Of a stretch of DNA of 11,953 bases, positions 1 to 7,360 are shown piece by piece. Under the pieces are notes generated by a model, which did no database searches, was not told the DNA's origin, and saw only the letters and a list, made by a program, of their open reading frames with translations. The DNA is taken from positions 1 through 11,953 of IMG/VR virus record IMGVR_UViG_2563366976_000008; one strand, 5' to 3'. A program made the translations under genes and the position numbers. The DNA comes from a virus (Duplodnaviria > Heunggongvirae > Uroviricota > Caudoviricetes). The first letter of the stretch is position 1. Each line of letters starts with the position of its first letter.

Positions 1-1074
1 TCATTTGTCGATTTCAATTTTGTCCCATTCCCGTCCACGGCTGTCCCTATACCGCGCCGCCATTGAATCTGATTTATGCCCGAGAAGACGTTGAGCAAAC
101 TTATCGCCAATCTGGTTCCGGTATAGCCTCGCTGACAGGCTACGCAGTTCATGGAATGTTGGCGGGTTTCCATCAAATGAGAGTCCAGATGCATTTCTCG
201 CCTTTGTAAAATACTTTGATACTGTTTTCGGGGAAAGCGGATCGTGATGCTTTGATGCGATTATAGTTTCACTGCTGCTGGCCTCCCTGCATTTCTGTAG
301 TGTATCAGCCAATGAGATATTGAGCGCGTCAATCGTTAGCGTTAGCGGAATGGCGAGTTTAGCCCCTGTTTTACTCTGTTCAATGTGAAGATGGTTGTCG
401 TTTATGTCTGACCATTTCATTCTGCACAAATCGCCGACTCTCTGCCCTGTAACGACGGCCAAATCCATCGCCAGCCTTAGCCAGATAGGGAGAGGTTCGG
501 CTGCATGGTAAATCTCGACATACTCATTAGCTGTCAGCCTTGAGCGCCTTACTTCTGACTTTGCTGTACGGGTTGCTGTTACCGGATTCGTTGCCACATG
601 CCCCTCGGCTATTGCTTCACGAAAAACGTCAACAAGGGTTGACCTGATTAATTTTGCGGAAGCTGCTTTACCTTCCGCTACGTAGGTGTTTAGCATTGCT
701 GCCACATCTTTCGTTGATATGTCAGTGAGCGGTTTGTCCGGCAATTTTCTTCGGATTGCCCTGATTTTGCTGGCGTAGTCGAGTAGAGTTTTCGGCCTGA
801 TCCCCCTTTCGGTGAGGATTCTTTCATATCGGTCAAGCCACACATGAAGAGTGATTGCGTCACCGCCTTTAATTCTGTCTATCAGTGATTTGCGTCCGCT
901 GTCTGAGAGTAACTCAATATTGGCCTGTATTGCTTCAGTGATTGCTATCCTCCTGTCTCGGCCTAATCCAAACTCTTTACCCGTCCTTGGGTCCCTGTAG
1001 CAGTAATATCCATTGTTTCTTATATAAAGGTTAGGGGGTAAATCCCGGCGCTCATGACTTCGCCTTCTTCCCAT
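1..1074 (-). CDS. int: Tyrosine recombinase, lambda-type integrase
   Basis: 357-aa ORF; the translation (MGRRRSHERRDLPPNLYIRNNGYYCYRDPRTGKEF..., C-terminal ...HELRSLSARLY...GHKSDSMAARYRDSRGREWDKIEI) is near-colinear with phage lambda Int as I recall it. The stop codon is at window position 1-3, so the att site lies outside the window. Confidence 0.95.
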   Translation of the reverse strand: MGRRRSHERRDLPPNLYIRNNGYYCYRDPRTGKEFGLGRDRRIAITEAIQANIELLSDSGRKSLIDRIKGGDAITLHVWLDRYERILTERGIRPKTLLDYASKIRAIRRKLPDKPLTDISTKDVAAMLNTYVAEGKAASAKLIRSTLVDVFREAIAEGHVATNPVTATRTAKSEVRRSRLTANEYVEIYHAAEPLPIWLRLAMDLAVVTGQRVGDLCRMKWSDINDNHLHIEQSKTGAKLAIPLTLTIDALNISLADTLQKCREASSSETIIASKHHDPLSPKTVSKYFTKARNASGLSFDGNPPTFHELRSLSARLYRNQIGDKFAQRLLGHKSDSMAARYRDSRGREWDKIEIDK

Positions 1075-1270
1075 TTCTGATCCTCTTCAAAAGGCTACCT
1101 GTTACTGGTCGATTTAAGTCAACCTTTACCGCTGATTCGTGGAACAGATACTCTCTTCCATCCTTAACCGGAGGAGGGAATATCCTGCATTCGCGCACCC
1201 ATCGACGAACTGTTTCAAGGCTTCTTGGGCGTCGCTGGCGAGCGTTCCACTCCTGAAGTGTCAAGTACAT
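1052..1270 (-). CDS. xis: Excisionase
   Basis: 72-aa ORF MYLTLQEWNARQRRPRSLETVRRWVRECRIFPPPVKDGREYLFHESAVKVDLNRPVTG..., essentially the lambda Xis sequence from memory. Its 3' end overlaps the int start by 23 nt, as in lambda. Confidence 0.93.
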   Translation of the reverse strand: MYLTLQEWNARQRRPRSLETVRRWVRECRIFPPPVKDGREYLFHESAVKVDLNRPVTGSLLKRIRNGKKAKS

Positions 1271-1324
1271 CGCAAAGTCTCCGCAATTACTCGCAAGGGA
1301 ACGAGTAGTGGTTGATTTTTCTCC

Positions 1325-1350
1325 AACAAAAAAGGAGCCGAAGCTCCTTT
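1325..1350 (-). terminator. Candidate intrinsic terminator between the AntA-like gene and xis
   Basis: On the minus strand: 8-bp stem AAAGGAGC/GCTCCTTT with a TTCG loop, followed by TTTTGTTGG (plus-strand A-run 1325-1333). Confidence 0.55.
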
Positions 1351-1355
1351 GATGA

Positions 1356-1979
1356 TTAAAATTCGAATTGTCTCGCCCGAAGGCTTTTCAACATTGGTCT
1401 TGCCCGTTCGAAAACGGCGCTTGCCTGGTCAAGTCGTGTCGCCTCCCTGAGCAGTACATCTCTGTTTTTCGTCACCGCATAGAAGGTTTCAAACGCAATG
1501 TCATACAGCTTACTCGCGTATGATGAGTTAAGTTCCTTCATTATCGGGTACAGGCGTTTGCAGATGTCCTGTGCATTCTCCATCTGTACCTGCATGTAGC
1601 AGAGGAGGATGATTTCCTCGTCTGTGAATTGCTGCGCTGGTTGCATGCTGCGAAGTTTCTTTTCGCACTCGATGAAGTATCGGCGTATCTGGCGGCCTTT
1701 TTCGTTGCGCTCGACCATCGCAGTTTCTTTGGCCGTATCGAGGGTGAGGTGATAGTCTTTGCTACGGCGATCGCCTCCTCGACCTTTGATTTCCCGATTT
1801 GGGGAAACCAAAATATAGTCCTGATTTTCAACGAAACCATATTCAGCAATGCGTTCTGTAATCCACGATGCAAAGCGTTTACCTACCCCAAGAAAAGTAT
1901 GTAAATCGCGAGCATTAACGAGAAGAGTGGTTTCGTTGGCGATAGTGCCGTTGAATACGGGGATGAGTTGAATAGCCAT
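1356..1979 (-). CDS. AntA/AntB-type antirepressor-like phage protein (N-terminal domain); function uncertain
   Basis: ORF track gives 1356..2015. I prefer the ATG at 1979 (MAIQLIPVFNGT...) because AGGAG lies 8 nt upstream (1988-1992). The N-terminus IPVFNGTIANETTLLVNARDLHTFLGV...FASWITERIAEYGFVENQDYIL resembles the AntA-family motif as I remember it; not verified. Confidence 0.5.
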   Translation of the reverse strand: MAIQLIPVFNGTIANETTLLVNARDLHTFLGVGKRFASWITERIAEYGFVENQDYILVSPNREIKGRGGDRRSKDYHLTLDTAKETAMVERNEKGRQIRRYFIECEKKLRSMQPAQQFTDEEIILLCYMQVQMENAQDICKRLYPIMKELNSSYASKLYDIAFETFYAVTKNRDVLLREATRLDQASAVFERARPMLKSLRARQFEF

Positions 1980-2229
1980 AATCATGACTCCTGACGTTTT
2001 AGTATTGACTGCCACCTTAGTGGGGTGGCGGGCTTCAACTACCGCGTCAGACGGCGGAGCTTATTTCCCGAAAGGGTGTTCTATTAGGCTCTCTCGACCC
2101 GCCATAGATATGGCGATACCTGTAAACAGGCATAAAAAAGCCGCAAAGCTATCGGGTGCGGTTGACCGCTGACGTTGTAGTGCGGTCAGTATGCGATAGC
2201 TCTGGCGGATTTGTCAAATCATGTAGCCT

Positions 2230-2328
2230 TTATCCTGCTGTAAGCCGCGCCATTCGGGATTTTCCCCATATTTGGGGAAAACTATCTGCGAAGTATTCAC
2301 CTTTGACGGCAAGTTGCAGGTTAGCCAT
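2230..2328 (-). CDS. Possible 32-codon ORF, translationally coupled to the upstream gene
   Basis: ATG at 2326-2328 overlaps the TAA of the 2328..2588 gene (TAATG), with GGAGGTGAGG immediately upstream. Translation MANLQLAVKGEYFADSFPQIWGKSRMARLTAG. Too short to be listed in the ORF track; coding status uncertain. Confidence 0.25.
   Translation of the reverse strand: MANLQLAVKGEYFADSFPQIWGKSRMARLTAG
2260..2281. repeat. Perfect 9-bp inverted repeat with 4-nt spacer (TTTTCCCCA-TATT-TGGGGAAAA)
   Basis: Read directly from the sequence; lies inside the putative 32-codon ORF and within an otherwise ORF-poor 300-bp stretch. Confidence 0.7.
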
Positions 2329-2588
2329 TACCTCACCTCCAGTCTCCATACCGCCTGACCAATCCGGCTGGCATGGGTATCTTTGGATACTGTTCCGTCT
2401 TTAGCCAGCTCCATAAGAATTTTGCGCAAATCTGCCGAACGCCATTCTTCATCAGGAAATTCCTTCTCCATTGCCAACCGCAGATTCCAGGTTGCTATCG
2501 TGAATGGATATTCACCGCCGAGAGCTTTCTCTTGTAGGGCAGCACGGGAACGCATCACCTGCAAAACCTTCTCTTTTACATCCATCAT
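2328..2588 (-). CDS. Hypothetical phage protein (86 aa)
   Basis: ORF with AGGAGG 4 nt upstream of the ATG; the start overlaps the stop of the upstream gene (ATGA). No family recognised. Confidence 0.6.
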   Translation of the reverse strand: MMDVKEKVLQVMRSRAALQEKALGGEYPFTIATWNLRLAMEKEFPDEEWRSADLRKILMELAKDGTVSKDTHASRIGQAVWRLEVR

Positions 2589-3415
2589 TTCGCCTCCTGT
2601 GGCGGTTCTGGTAGCGGCATCCAGTGGGTTACCTCCTTGAGATACAGGTCTTTGCCACCACCGTCATCCCAAGTGGGCTTGCCATCATTAAACCAGTCGC
2701 CATATACGCCGACCTGAGTGTTGGGGATGCTTGGTGGGTAGTTGTTTTTAAAGTCAGCAGCTAACACATAGCATTGTCGCTCTCCCATTTCTGGCATTCG
2801 CTCACTACAGCTTATCCAACTATCCGGAGTTACCGGAAGCGAGAACGGCAGCACATCTCTGTGAACAAGTTTTTGCTGTGACAGGTTATCCAGAACTTTC
2901 TGTACTGCTGCATCACCGAATACACCAAGCGCATCTGCCATAACTCCTACAACCTGATAAGCCTCAGCGCATACCGTGGATAAACCATCCGGAATTACCG
3001 GAGAGTTGCCGGGTTCTTTAATGTGCAAGCGAGGCTCACCATCTTTTGGCTCAGGCCACTGGCGCTCCATGTTGATCTTCAATTTATCTTCCATAGCAAC
3101 GTTAATTTCAGCATCGCTGATGCCAGCACGGCGTTGTGCATCCCATAACAGAAACTGCATATCAGCCCACTCGCTAAGATCGTCTGGTTCGGCTGCGGCT
3201 TCCAGTGCCTCTTTTGAGAGGTGTTTCAGTGGACCAATGGGGCCAACGCAGCCAAATGTGGAGTCAGACCATTTGGCATGCTCGTGGCGAATCTGTTCGC
3301 GTTCCAGTGATGCCAGTGCAATTCGTGCCAGTTCCATTTGTTCGCCACGAGTAAGCCCGTTTTCAAGCGGATTTTTAATGAACAATTCAATACGTTCTTT
3401 GGTAATAGTGGTCAT
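2585..3415 (-). CDS. Two-domain phage protein with a DUF551-like C-terminus and a DUF550-like N-terminal domain
   Basis: 276-aa ORF; C-terminal ...CYVLAADF...GVYGDWFNDGKPTWDD...VTHWMPLPEPP matches my memory of the DUF551 signature common in lambdoid ea-region proteins. GAGGAT SD 8 nt upstream. Confidence 0.6.
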   Translation of the reverse strand: MTTITKERIELFIKNPLENGLTRGEQMELARIALASLEREQIRHEHAKWSDSTFGCVGPIGPLKHLSKEALEAAAEPDDLSEWADMQFLLWDAQRRAGISDAEINVAMEDKLKINMERQWPEPKDGEPRLHIKEPGNSPVIPDGLSTVCAEAYQVVGVMADALGVFGDAAVQKVLDNLSQQKLVHRDVLPFSLPVTPDSWISCSERMPEMGERQCYVLAADFKNNYPPSIPNTQVGVYGDWFNDGKPTWDDGGGKDLYLKEVTHWMPLPEPPQEAK

Positions 3416-3621
3416 GTGTTAATCCTCAAAACTTTATGCCCGGGCGCAAAAGTACGTGTTTTGTCTTTGCTTATTCGCCACCCGTCTTTACGGGCCTCTT
3501 TTGCACAACCAGACCATGACGTACCGATATACTCACCGAAGTCTGGCACTGGATATACACCTTCCGTACACTGGCGACAATCACAATAGAGATGCATGGT
3601 GTAACTTGCGGCAATAGCCAT
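3412..3621 (-). CDS. Small Cys-rich hypothetical protein (about 69 aa)
   Basis: ORF track gives 3412..3654. The ATG at 3621 has AAGGAG 6 nt upstream and sits 2 nt after the upstream stop. Cys pattern C-x-C-x2-C...C suggests possible metal binding. Confidence 0.5.
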   Translation of the reverse strand: MAIAASYTMHLYCDCRQCTEGVYPVPDFGEYIGTSWSGCAKEARKDGWRISKDKTRTFAPGHKVLRINT

Positions 3622-3622
3622 A

Positions 3623-4174
3623 TCAGTCTCCTTTGATGCGAATGCCTGTTGCAATGCTGTTTATGATGCTGTCAGTGCATGGGGTAGAAAGCTGGGCATC
3701 TCCAGCAATTTTCATGACCTCAACATCTGCATATCGAATACCGAGGTGTATCAGACCGGCTATGCCTGACTTAAGCCGAGCATTTTCCATAAATAGAACT
3801 TTTGCCCGCTGTTTTTCTGCTTCAAGCTCAACGCGCAACTTCCCTACCGTTAACGCAATATCCTCGTTCTCTTGGTCGCGGCGTTTGATGTATTGCTGGT
3901 TTCTTTCCCGTTCATCCAACAATGCCAGCACGGTAACTGGATTGGCTGCGGCGATGAATTCAGCATTGGCCTGCTGTTCCATTTGGAAATCTTCATCGAA
4001 ACCGCTTTCAGGATGCGCTCCTTCAATTCTGCAAATGGGAAGATATCCAACAACTTCACGATGAATTAGCGCATCACCAGCATCAAATCTCTCCTCTCCA
4101 TATTCTAGCGACCACACACCACACGTTGCTTTTTCTGCCTTAGCACGCAGTGCCTGGTAATTAATTTTGCTCAT
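3623..4174 (-). CDS. Ead/Ea22-like family phage protein
   Basis: 183-aa ORF; N-terminal ...YQALRAKAEKATCGVW... and a central coiled-coil-like, acidic region resemble ead/Ea22-like proteins of lambdoid prophages (recollection). SD AGGGTGA upstream. Confidence 0.55.
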   Translation of the reverse strand: MSKINYQALRAKAEKATCGVWSLEYGEERFDAGDALIHREVVGYLPICRIEGAHPESGFDEDFQMEQQANAEFIAAANPVTVLALLDERERNQQYIKRRDQENEDIALTVGKLRVELEAEKQRAKVLFMENARLKSGIAGLIHLGIRYADVEVMKIAGDAQLSTPCTDSIINSIATGIRIKGD

Positions 4175-4175
4175 G

Positions 4176-4475
4176 TCACATCACCCTGAAGCCGTTGCAT
4201 TTACGTAAGAAATCGCAGATATAGCCCTTCATTTTTTCATGCCAATCTCGATCATTCCCATTGCACCAACCATCAGGTGGAGTCCAGTTTTCTATCAGAG
4301 CAGCCATTTTCTTTGCTTTCGCCGGAGTAGCTGTTGCGGTATCGCAGTAATGACGAGTGTCAACCAACGCATCCATACCATCGATATCAAGTACGCAAAA
4401 CCATGTGTGATTCGGAATTCCTACAGGTGGTATTTGTTGCCCACGTCGACGTTTATCAATAAGATATACACTCAC
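4176..4475 (-). CDS. Hypothetical phage protein (about 100 aa)
   Basis: ORF track gives 4176..4508 from an ATG. An in-frame GTG at 4473-4475 has a strong AAAGGAGG SD 7 nt upstream and overlaps the upstream TGA (GTGA), so I favour it. No family recognised. Confidence 0.5.
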   Translation of the reverse strand: MSVYLIDKRRRGQQIPPVGIPNHTWFCVLDIDGMDALVDTRHYCDTATATPAKAKKMAALIENWTPPDGWCNGNDRDWHEKMKGYICDFLRKCNGFRVM

Positions 4476-4972
4476 TGCTTGCCTCCTTTGCGAATCTGTT
4501 CCGCCCATTCTTCAAGGGATTTCTCCGCATATTCACCGGACAGGCCATCAATCGGATGCGCTTCATTAACCAACTCTTCTTTCGCTGACAAAATCATGCG
4601 TGTAACGTCGAAAACTTCACGCAAAGACTTATTGATAAATCCGTGATTGAACGCAGCAGCAAGACGGCTGGCGGTATAGTTAATCCCCTCGTTGCGTGCT
4701 TCCGCACGAATTTCAGCCAGAAAAGCATCGGTGGCTGGGGTTTCCGTGAAGTTGTCCTCCCAACCGTAGTACTCCTGACGACAGAAGTTATTAAATTCCT
4801 TCTCCGACTGTTTAAGCGCCGCATTCTCCGCTGCCAGCGCCGCGCACTTGGCCTCCGCTTCAGCAAATTTACGCACCAGATATTCAGCGTTTGTTTCGTT
4901 AACCTTTAAATCACTTGGGATGCATTTACCTTTAAGAAATCCATCCATCTCAATTAGTGACATTTGTTTCAT
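4472..4972 (-). CDS. Hypothetical phage protein with coiled-coil segment (166 aa)
   Basis: ORF with ATGA overlap to the next gene; alanine-rich heptad-like stretch [23 protein letters not shown]. No family recognised. Confidence 0.55.
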   Translation of the reverse strand: MKQMSLIEMDGFLKGKCIPSDLKVNETNAEYLVRKFAEAEAKCAALAAENAALKQSEKEFNNFCRQEYYGWEDNFTETPATDAFLAEIRAEARNEGINYTASRLAAAFNHGFINKSLREVFDVTRMILSAKEELVNEAHPIDGLSGEYAEKSLEEWAEQIRKGGKQ

Positions 4973-5166
4973 TTCTTCCCACTCCGCAACATCGCATTCA
5001 GATATTTGTTTTGATTCACTGATGGAAAAGAATTTCTCTTAAGCAATTCCTCTCTCGATGGCATTGGCTTTACGCGTTGGCGAATAATCATTTCTGCCGG
5101 AAGAATGCCGGGATTGTATGCAAGTCCTCTCATGGTAAATTCCTCAGTCATTACTGATAGCGCCAT
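4969..5166 (-). CDS. Small hypothetical protein; start uncertain (ATG at 5166, 5151 or 5133)
   Basis: Short ORF in the operon; the ATG at 5133 has GAGGAA 6 nt upstream. Low information. Confidence 0.35.
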   Translation of the reverse strand: MALSVMTEEFTMRGLAYNPGILPAEMIIRQRVKPMPSREELLKRNSFPSVNQNKYLNAMLRSGKK

Positions 5167-5440
5167 AGCGTGAGCGGTAATTACGCAGGCGCGGGTCGAT
5201 ATATTCAGGGAATTTGTCTATTGTCGCTTTTCGCAACGGTCTCATTGCTGTTTCGTTTGTTCGGTCCTTCTCCTGTTTTAGCGCGAGTTGTATATCGCGT
5301 CGGTACATCCGTTCTGCTTTTGTTTCTGGTGTCAGAGCAAGAAACGCGTCGAAATTGTTTTTGATATTTTCCAGCACCTCCGCCTTGGAGCTACCGGAGC
5401 AATTGCGCGGGTCATCCGCACCATACAGAGGCGCTGGCAT
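5144..5440 (-). CDS. Hypothetical phage protein (98 aa)
   Basis: ORF in operon register; weak SD. No family recognised. Confidence 0.5.
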   Translation of the reverse strand: MPAPLYGADDPRNCSGSSKAEVLENIKNNFDAFLALTPETKAERMYRRDIQLALKQEKDRTNETAMRPLRKATIDKFPEYIDPRLRNYRSRYGAISND

Positions 5441-5463
5441 AATGGGGGCCTTATTTTCAATAA

Positions 5464-6051
5464 TCAGAAAGGAGGGTAATCGTTCTGGCTGTAACCATAA
5501 TCATCTGCATGATTATGGCTTACGTTTTTAGAGCGATTGTCTTTATCTTTGAGGCTGGCAACCATGTTGGCGATAGTTTCTGGTTGCTTGCCTTCCGCCT
5601 TTTCTTTAAGGGTTTGACCTGTTTGTGCAATAAACGGGATGCGTATTTCCATCTGGTAGCTGTCTGCGCCAGTCTTTTTGTTTGTGGTTAATACTTTCTG
5701 GAGCACTAACCCGATTTTCTTTCCATGAAACTCAGGAGCAACAAATTTACTGGCGGAAACCATATGTTGCGTTAATTGTCCAATCCCGGCACACCCCATC
5801 ATGGCGTGAACGACATTTGCGCCAAATTTGTTTTCCGTTCCGTCATTTTTCTGAACACAGACGCTAAGATATTGGATTTTACGTCCGTCGTCAGATTCGC
5901 CAGAAAACTCAATAAATTTGGCTCCTTTTTCTGATTGCTTTAGTTCTGCTTCAGTAATGGTAATGATATGAGCACCAGTTTCGTTAATAAAACCACCTTG
6001 CCCTGCGGTCAGTGCTGCTTCTTCGTTATAAGTAAAAATCACGTTGCTCAT
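5464..6051 (-). CDS. Putative ssDNA-binding / recombination accessory protein (possibly DUF669-like)
   Basis: 195-aa ORF whose ATG overlaps the stop of the upstream ATPase gene (ATGA). C-terminal acidic/aromatic tail ...DDYGYSQNDYPPF resembles the SSB C-terminal tip. The family call rests on context and is an inference. Confidence 0.5.
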   Translation of the reverse strand: MSNVIFTYNEEAALTAGQGGFINETGAHIITITEAELKQSEKGAKFIEFSGESDDGRKIQYLSVCVQKNDGTENKFGANVVHAMMGCAGIGQLTQHMVSASKFVAPEFHGKKIGLVLQKVLTTNKKTGADSYQMEIRIPFIAQTGQTLKEKAEGKQPETIANMVASLKDKDNRSKNVSHNHADDYGYSQNDYPPF

Positions 6052-6728
6052 GCGGCGTTTTCCTTAATTTGATGAACATTATTGATGCCGTAGTAATCAC
6101 AAACAGTGGCATCGACGAAAGAGAGATCGTTATCAATCTCATTGGAATCAAACATTCCCATTGGGGATTTGACAGTGTCTGCACCGTTGTTTTTCGTGGT
6201 GAAAAAGAACTGGTCATCGCGGGTAAGAGTGCGAAGAACTATAGTAAACATGCCTTCGACAGTGATTTTCTCGTCCAGCATTTTGCCGATAGTTTTCATT
6301 TTCACGCGCCCCATAGGGGTTTCTTCGGTATGTGCAAGAAAATAGACTCTCAGGTCATCAGGTGCATCCTGTGCAGCCTTAATCACCTCCCATGCGTGGC
6401 GGCCTATCTCAGTAAATTTATCAAACGATTTTTCTTCTGAGCGGCGCATAAACTCATTGCTCATCACATACTGGAAGTCATCAACAATAACGATTCTTTT
6501 CCCGTATTCGTGAGCACGCTTAATTACGGCAACTATTACGTCCCATTTGTCAGTGGTAACTACGGTTCCTTTTTTTGCTCTGGCATCCCATGCCAGCCAG
6601 TCTTTTGATTTAAATGGTAGCGGCTTGCCTATTGGTTTTATAAGTATTGCTTCCTCTGGATTGATATTTCTCATGCTGGTTGATTTTCCGGTGCCAGATT
6701 CACCGAGTATTAATGTCGCAGTTCCCAT
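6048..6728 (-). CDS. P-loop ATPase, Sak4/AAA_24-like phage recombination protein
   Basis: 226-aa ORF with Walker A GESGTGKS near the N-terminus and Walker B-like IVIVDD; size and position (where lambda has exo/bet) fit RecA-core Sak4-type proteins. Confidence 0.65.
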   Translation of the reverse strand: MGTATLILGESGTGKSTSMRNINPEEAILIKPIGKPLPFKSKDWLAWDARAKKGTVVTTDKWDVIVAVIKRAHEYGKRIVIVDDFQYVMSNEFMRRSEEKSFDKFTEIGRHAWEVIKAAQDAPDDLRVYFLAHTEETPMGRVKMKTIGKMLDEKITVEGMFTIVLRTLTRDDQFFFTTKNNGADTVKSPMGMFDSNEIDNDLSFVDATVCDYYGINNVHQIKENAA

Positions 6729-6736
6729 AATTTGCC

Positions 6737-6925
6737 TCAGAATGGTAATTCGGATGGGGAGGAAAGAAACTCACGCTCATTCATGCGCTCTCTTTGCGCC
6801 TGCCATAAACAAAGTTGTTTCTTTGATTTATCTCCCGCTTTACGCCAGTAACGAGCCTCAGCAATGTGATATTCTCTTTTTAATCGACTTAACTCTGGAG
6901 TTTTCGCCAGTTCTACCGGAATCAT
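6737..6925 (-). CDS. Small hypothetical protein (62 aa) in the position lambda uses for gam
   Basis: ORF track gives 6737..6937; the ATG at 6925 has GGAGG 5 nt upstream and overlaps the kil-like stop (ATGA). No family recognised. Confidence 0.5.
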   Translation of the reverse strand: MIPVELAKTPELSRLKREYHIAEARYWRKAGDKSKKQLCLWQAQRERMNEREFLSSPSELPF

Positions 6926-7035
6926 TTTGACCTCCATTTTCTGTAGGCTTCTACGGCTTCACGAAACATCTTTTCATCGCCAATAAAAGTGGCGATAGTG
7001 AATTTAGTCTGGATAGCCATAAGTGTTTTATCCAT
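6922..7035 (-). CDS. kil: Kil-like host cell-division inhibitor (37 aa)
   Basis: Internal start of the 6922..7161 ORF: MDKTLMAIQTKFTIATFIGDEKMFREAVEAYRKW... matches my recollection of the lambda Kil N-terminus. Overlaps the cIII 3' end by 8 nt. Shorter than the 47 aa I recall for lambda Kil. Confidence 0.55.
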   Translation of the reverse strand: MDKTLMAIQTKFTIATFIGDEKMFREAVEAYRKWRSK

Positions 7036-7168
7036 TTTTGGGAACTCCTGGCTGATTAAGTATGTCGATAAGGCGTTTCCATCCATCACGTAATTTACGT
7101 GTGATTCGTTCAAGTAAAGATTCGGAAGGGCAGCCAGCAACAGGCCACCCTGCAATGGCATATTGCAT
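7028..7168 (-). CDS. cIII: CIII, FtsH-inhibitor that stabilises CII
   Basis: Internal start of the 7028..7228 ORF: MQYAIAGWPVAGCPSESLLERITRKLRDGWKRLIDILNQPGVPKNG is near-identical to lambda CIII from memory; AAGGAG 8 nt upstream of this ATG. Confidence 0.85.
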   Translation of the reverse strand: MQYAIAGWPVAGCPSESLLERITRKLRDGWKRLIDILNQPGVPKNG

Positions 7169-7228
7169 GGTGTGCTCCTTATTTATACATAACGAAAACG
7201 CCTCGAGTGAAGCGTTATTGGTATGCAT

Positions 7229-7254
7229 ATAAAAAAGCCCTCACACTGGAGGGC
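7229..7254 (-). terminator. Candidate intrinsic terminator upstream of cIII (tL-like)
   Basis: Minus strand: stem GCCCTC/GAGGGC, loop CAGTGT, followed by TTTTTTAT (plus-strand A-run 7229-7236). Confidence 0.6.
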
Positions 7255-7306
7255 AAAGAAGATTTCCAATAATCAGAACAAGTCGGCTCCTGTTTAGTTA
7301 CGAGCG

Positions 7307-7334
7307 ACATTGCTCCGTGTATTCACTCGTTGGA
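7307..7334. repeat. 9-bp perfect inverted repeat with 10-nt spacer (GTGTATTCA...TGAATACAC)
   Basis: Read directly from the sequence; lies between the 108-aa gene stop and the terminator. Confidence 0.6.
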
Positions 7335-7360
7335 ATGAATACACAGTGCTTATTCGCAGC

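Noticed and set aside
1541..2640. Several ORFs overlapping the AntA-like and 86-aa genes (1541..1873 minus; 1629..1904, 1984..2172, 2156..2404 and 2383..2640 plus)
   Set aside because: They lie antisense to, or in alternative frames of, genes with good SDs and operon-consistent starts; no RBS or family signal. Treated as shadow ORFs.
2976..4064. Plus-strand ORFs of 148 aa (2976..3422), 83 aa (3338..3589), 143 aa (3633..4064) and 65 aa (3872..4069)
   Set aside because: Antisense to the DUF551-type and Ead/Ea22-like genes; low-complexity Ser/Cys/Ala-rich translations typical of antisense frames; no SD.
4239..5867. Assorted overlapping short ORFs on both strands (for example 4239..4646 plus, 4594..4866 minus, 5170..5364 plus, 5214..5531 plus, 5509..5691 plus)
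   Set aside because: Each overlaps a better-supported minus-strand operon gene; no independent start signals.
6026..6930. ORFs inside or antisense to the Sak4-like ATPase gene (6026..6217 minus, 6069..6440 plus, 6106..6345 plus, 6547..6930 plus)
   Set aside because: The ATPase frame has Walker motifs and translational coupling to its neighbours; these alternatives have no comparable support.
7028..7228. N-terminally extended cIII ORF beginning MHTNNASLEAFSL...
   Set aside because: The lambda-like CIII sequence begins at the internal Met (7168), which has an AAGGAG SD; the extension has none.
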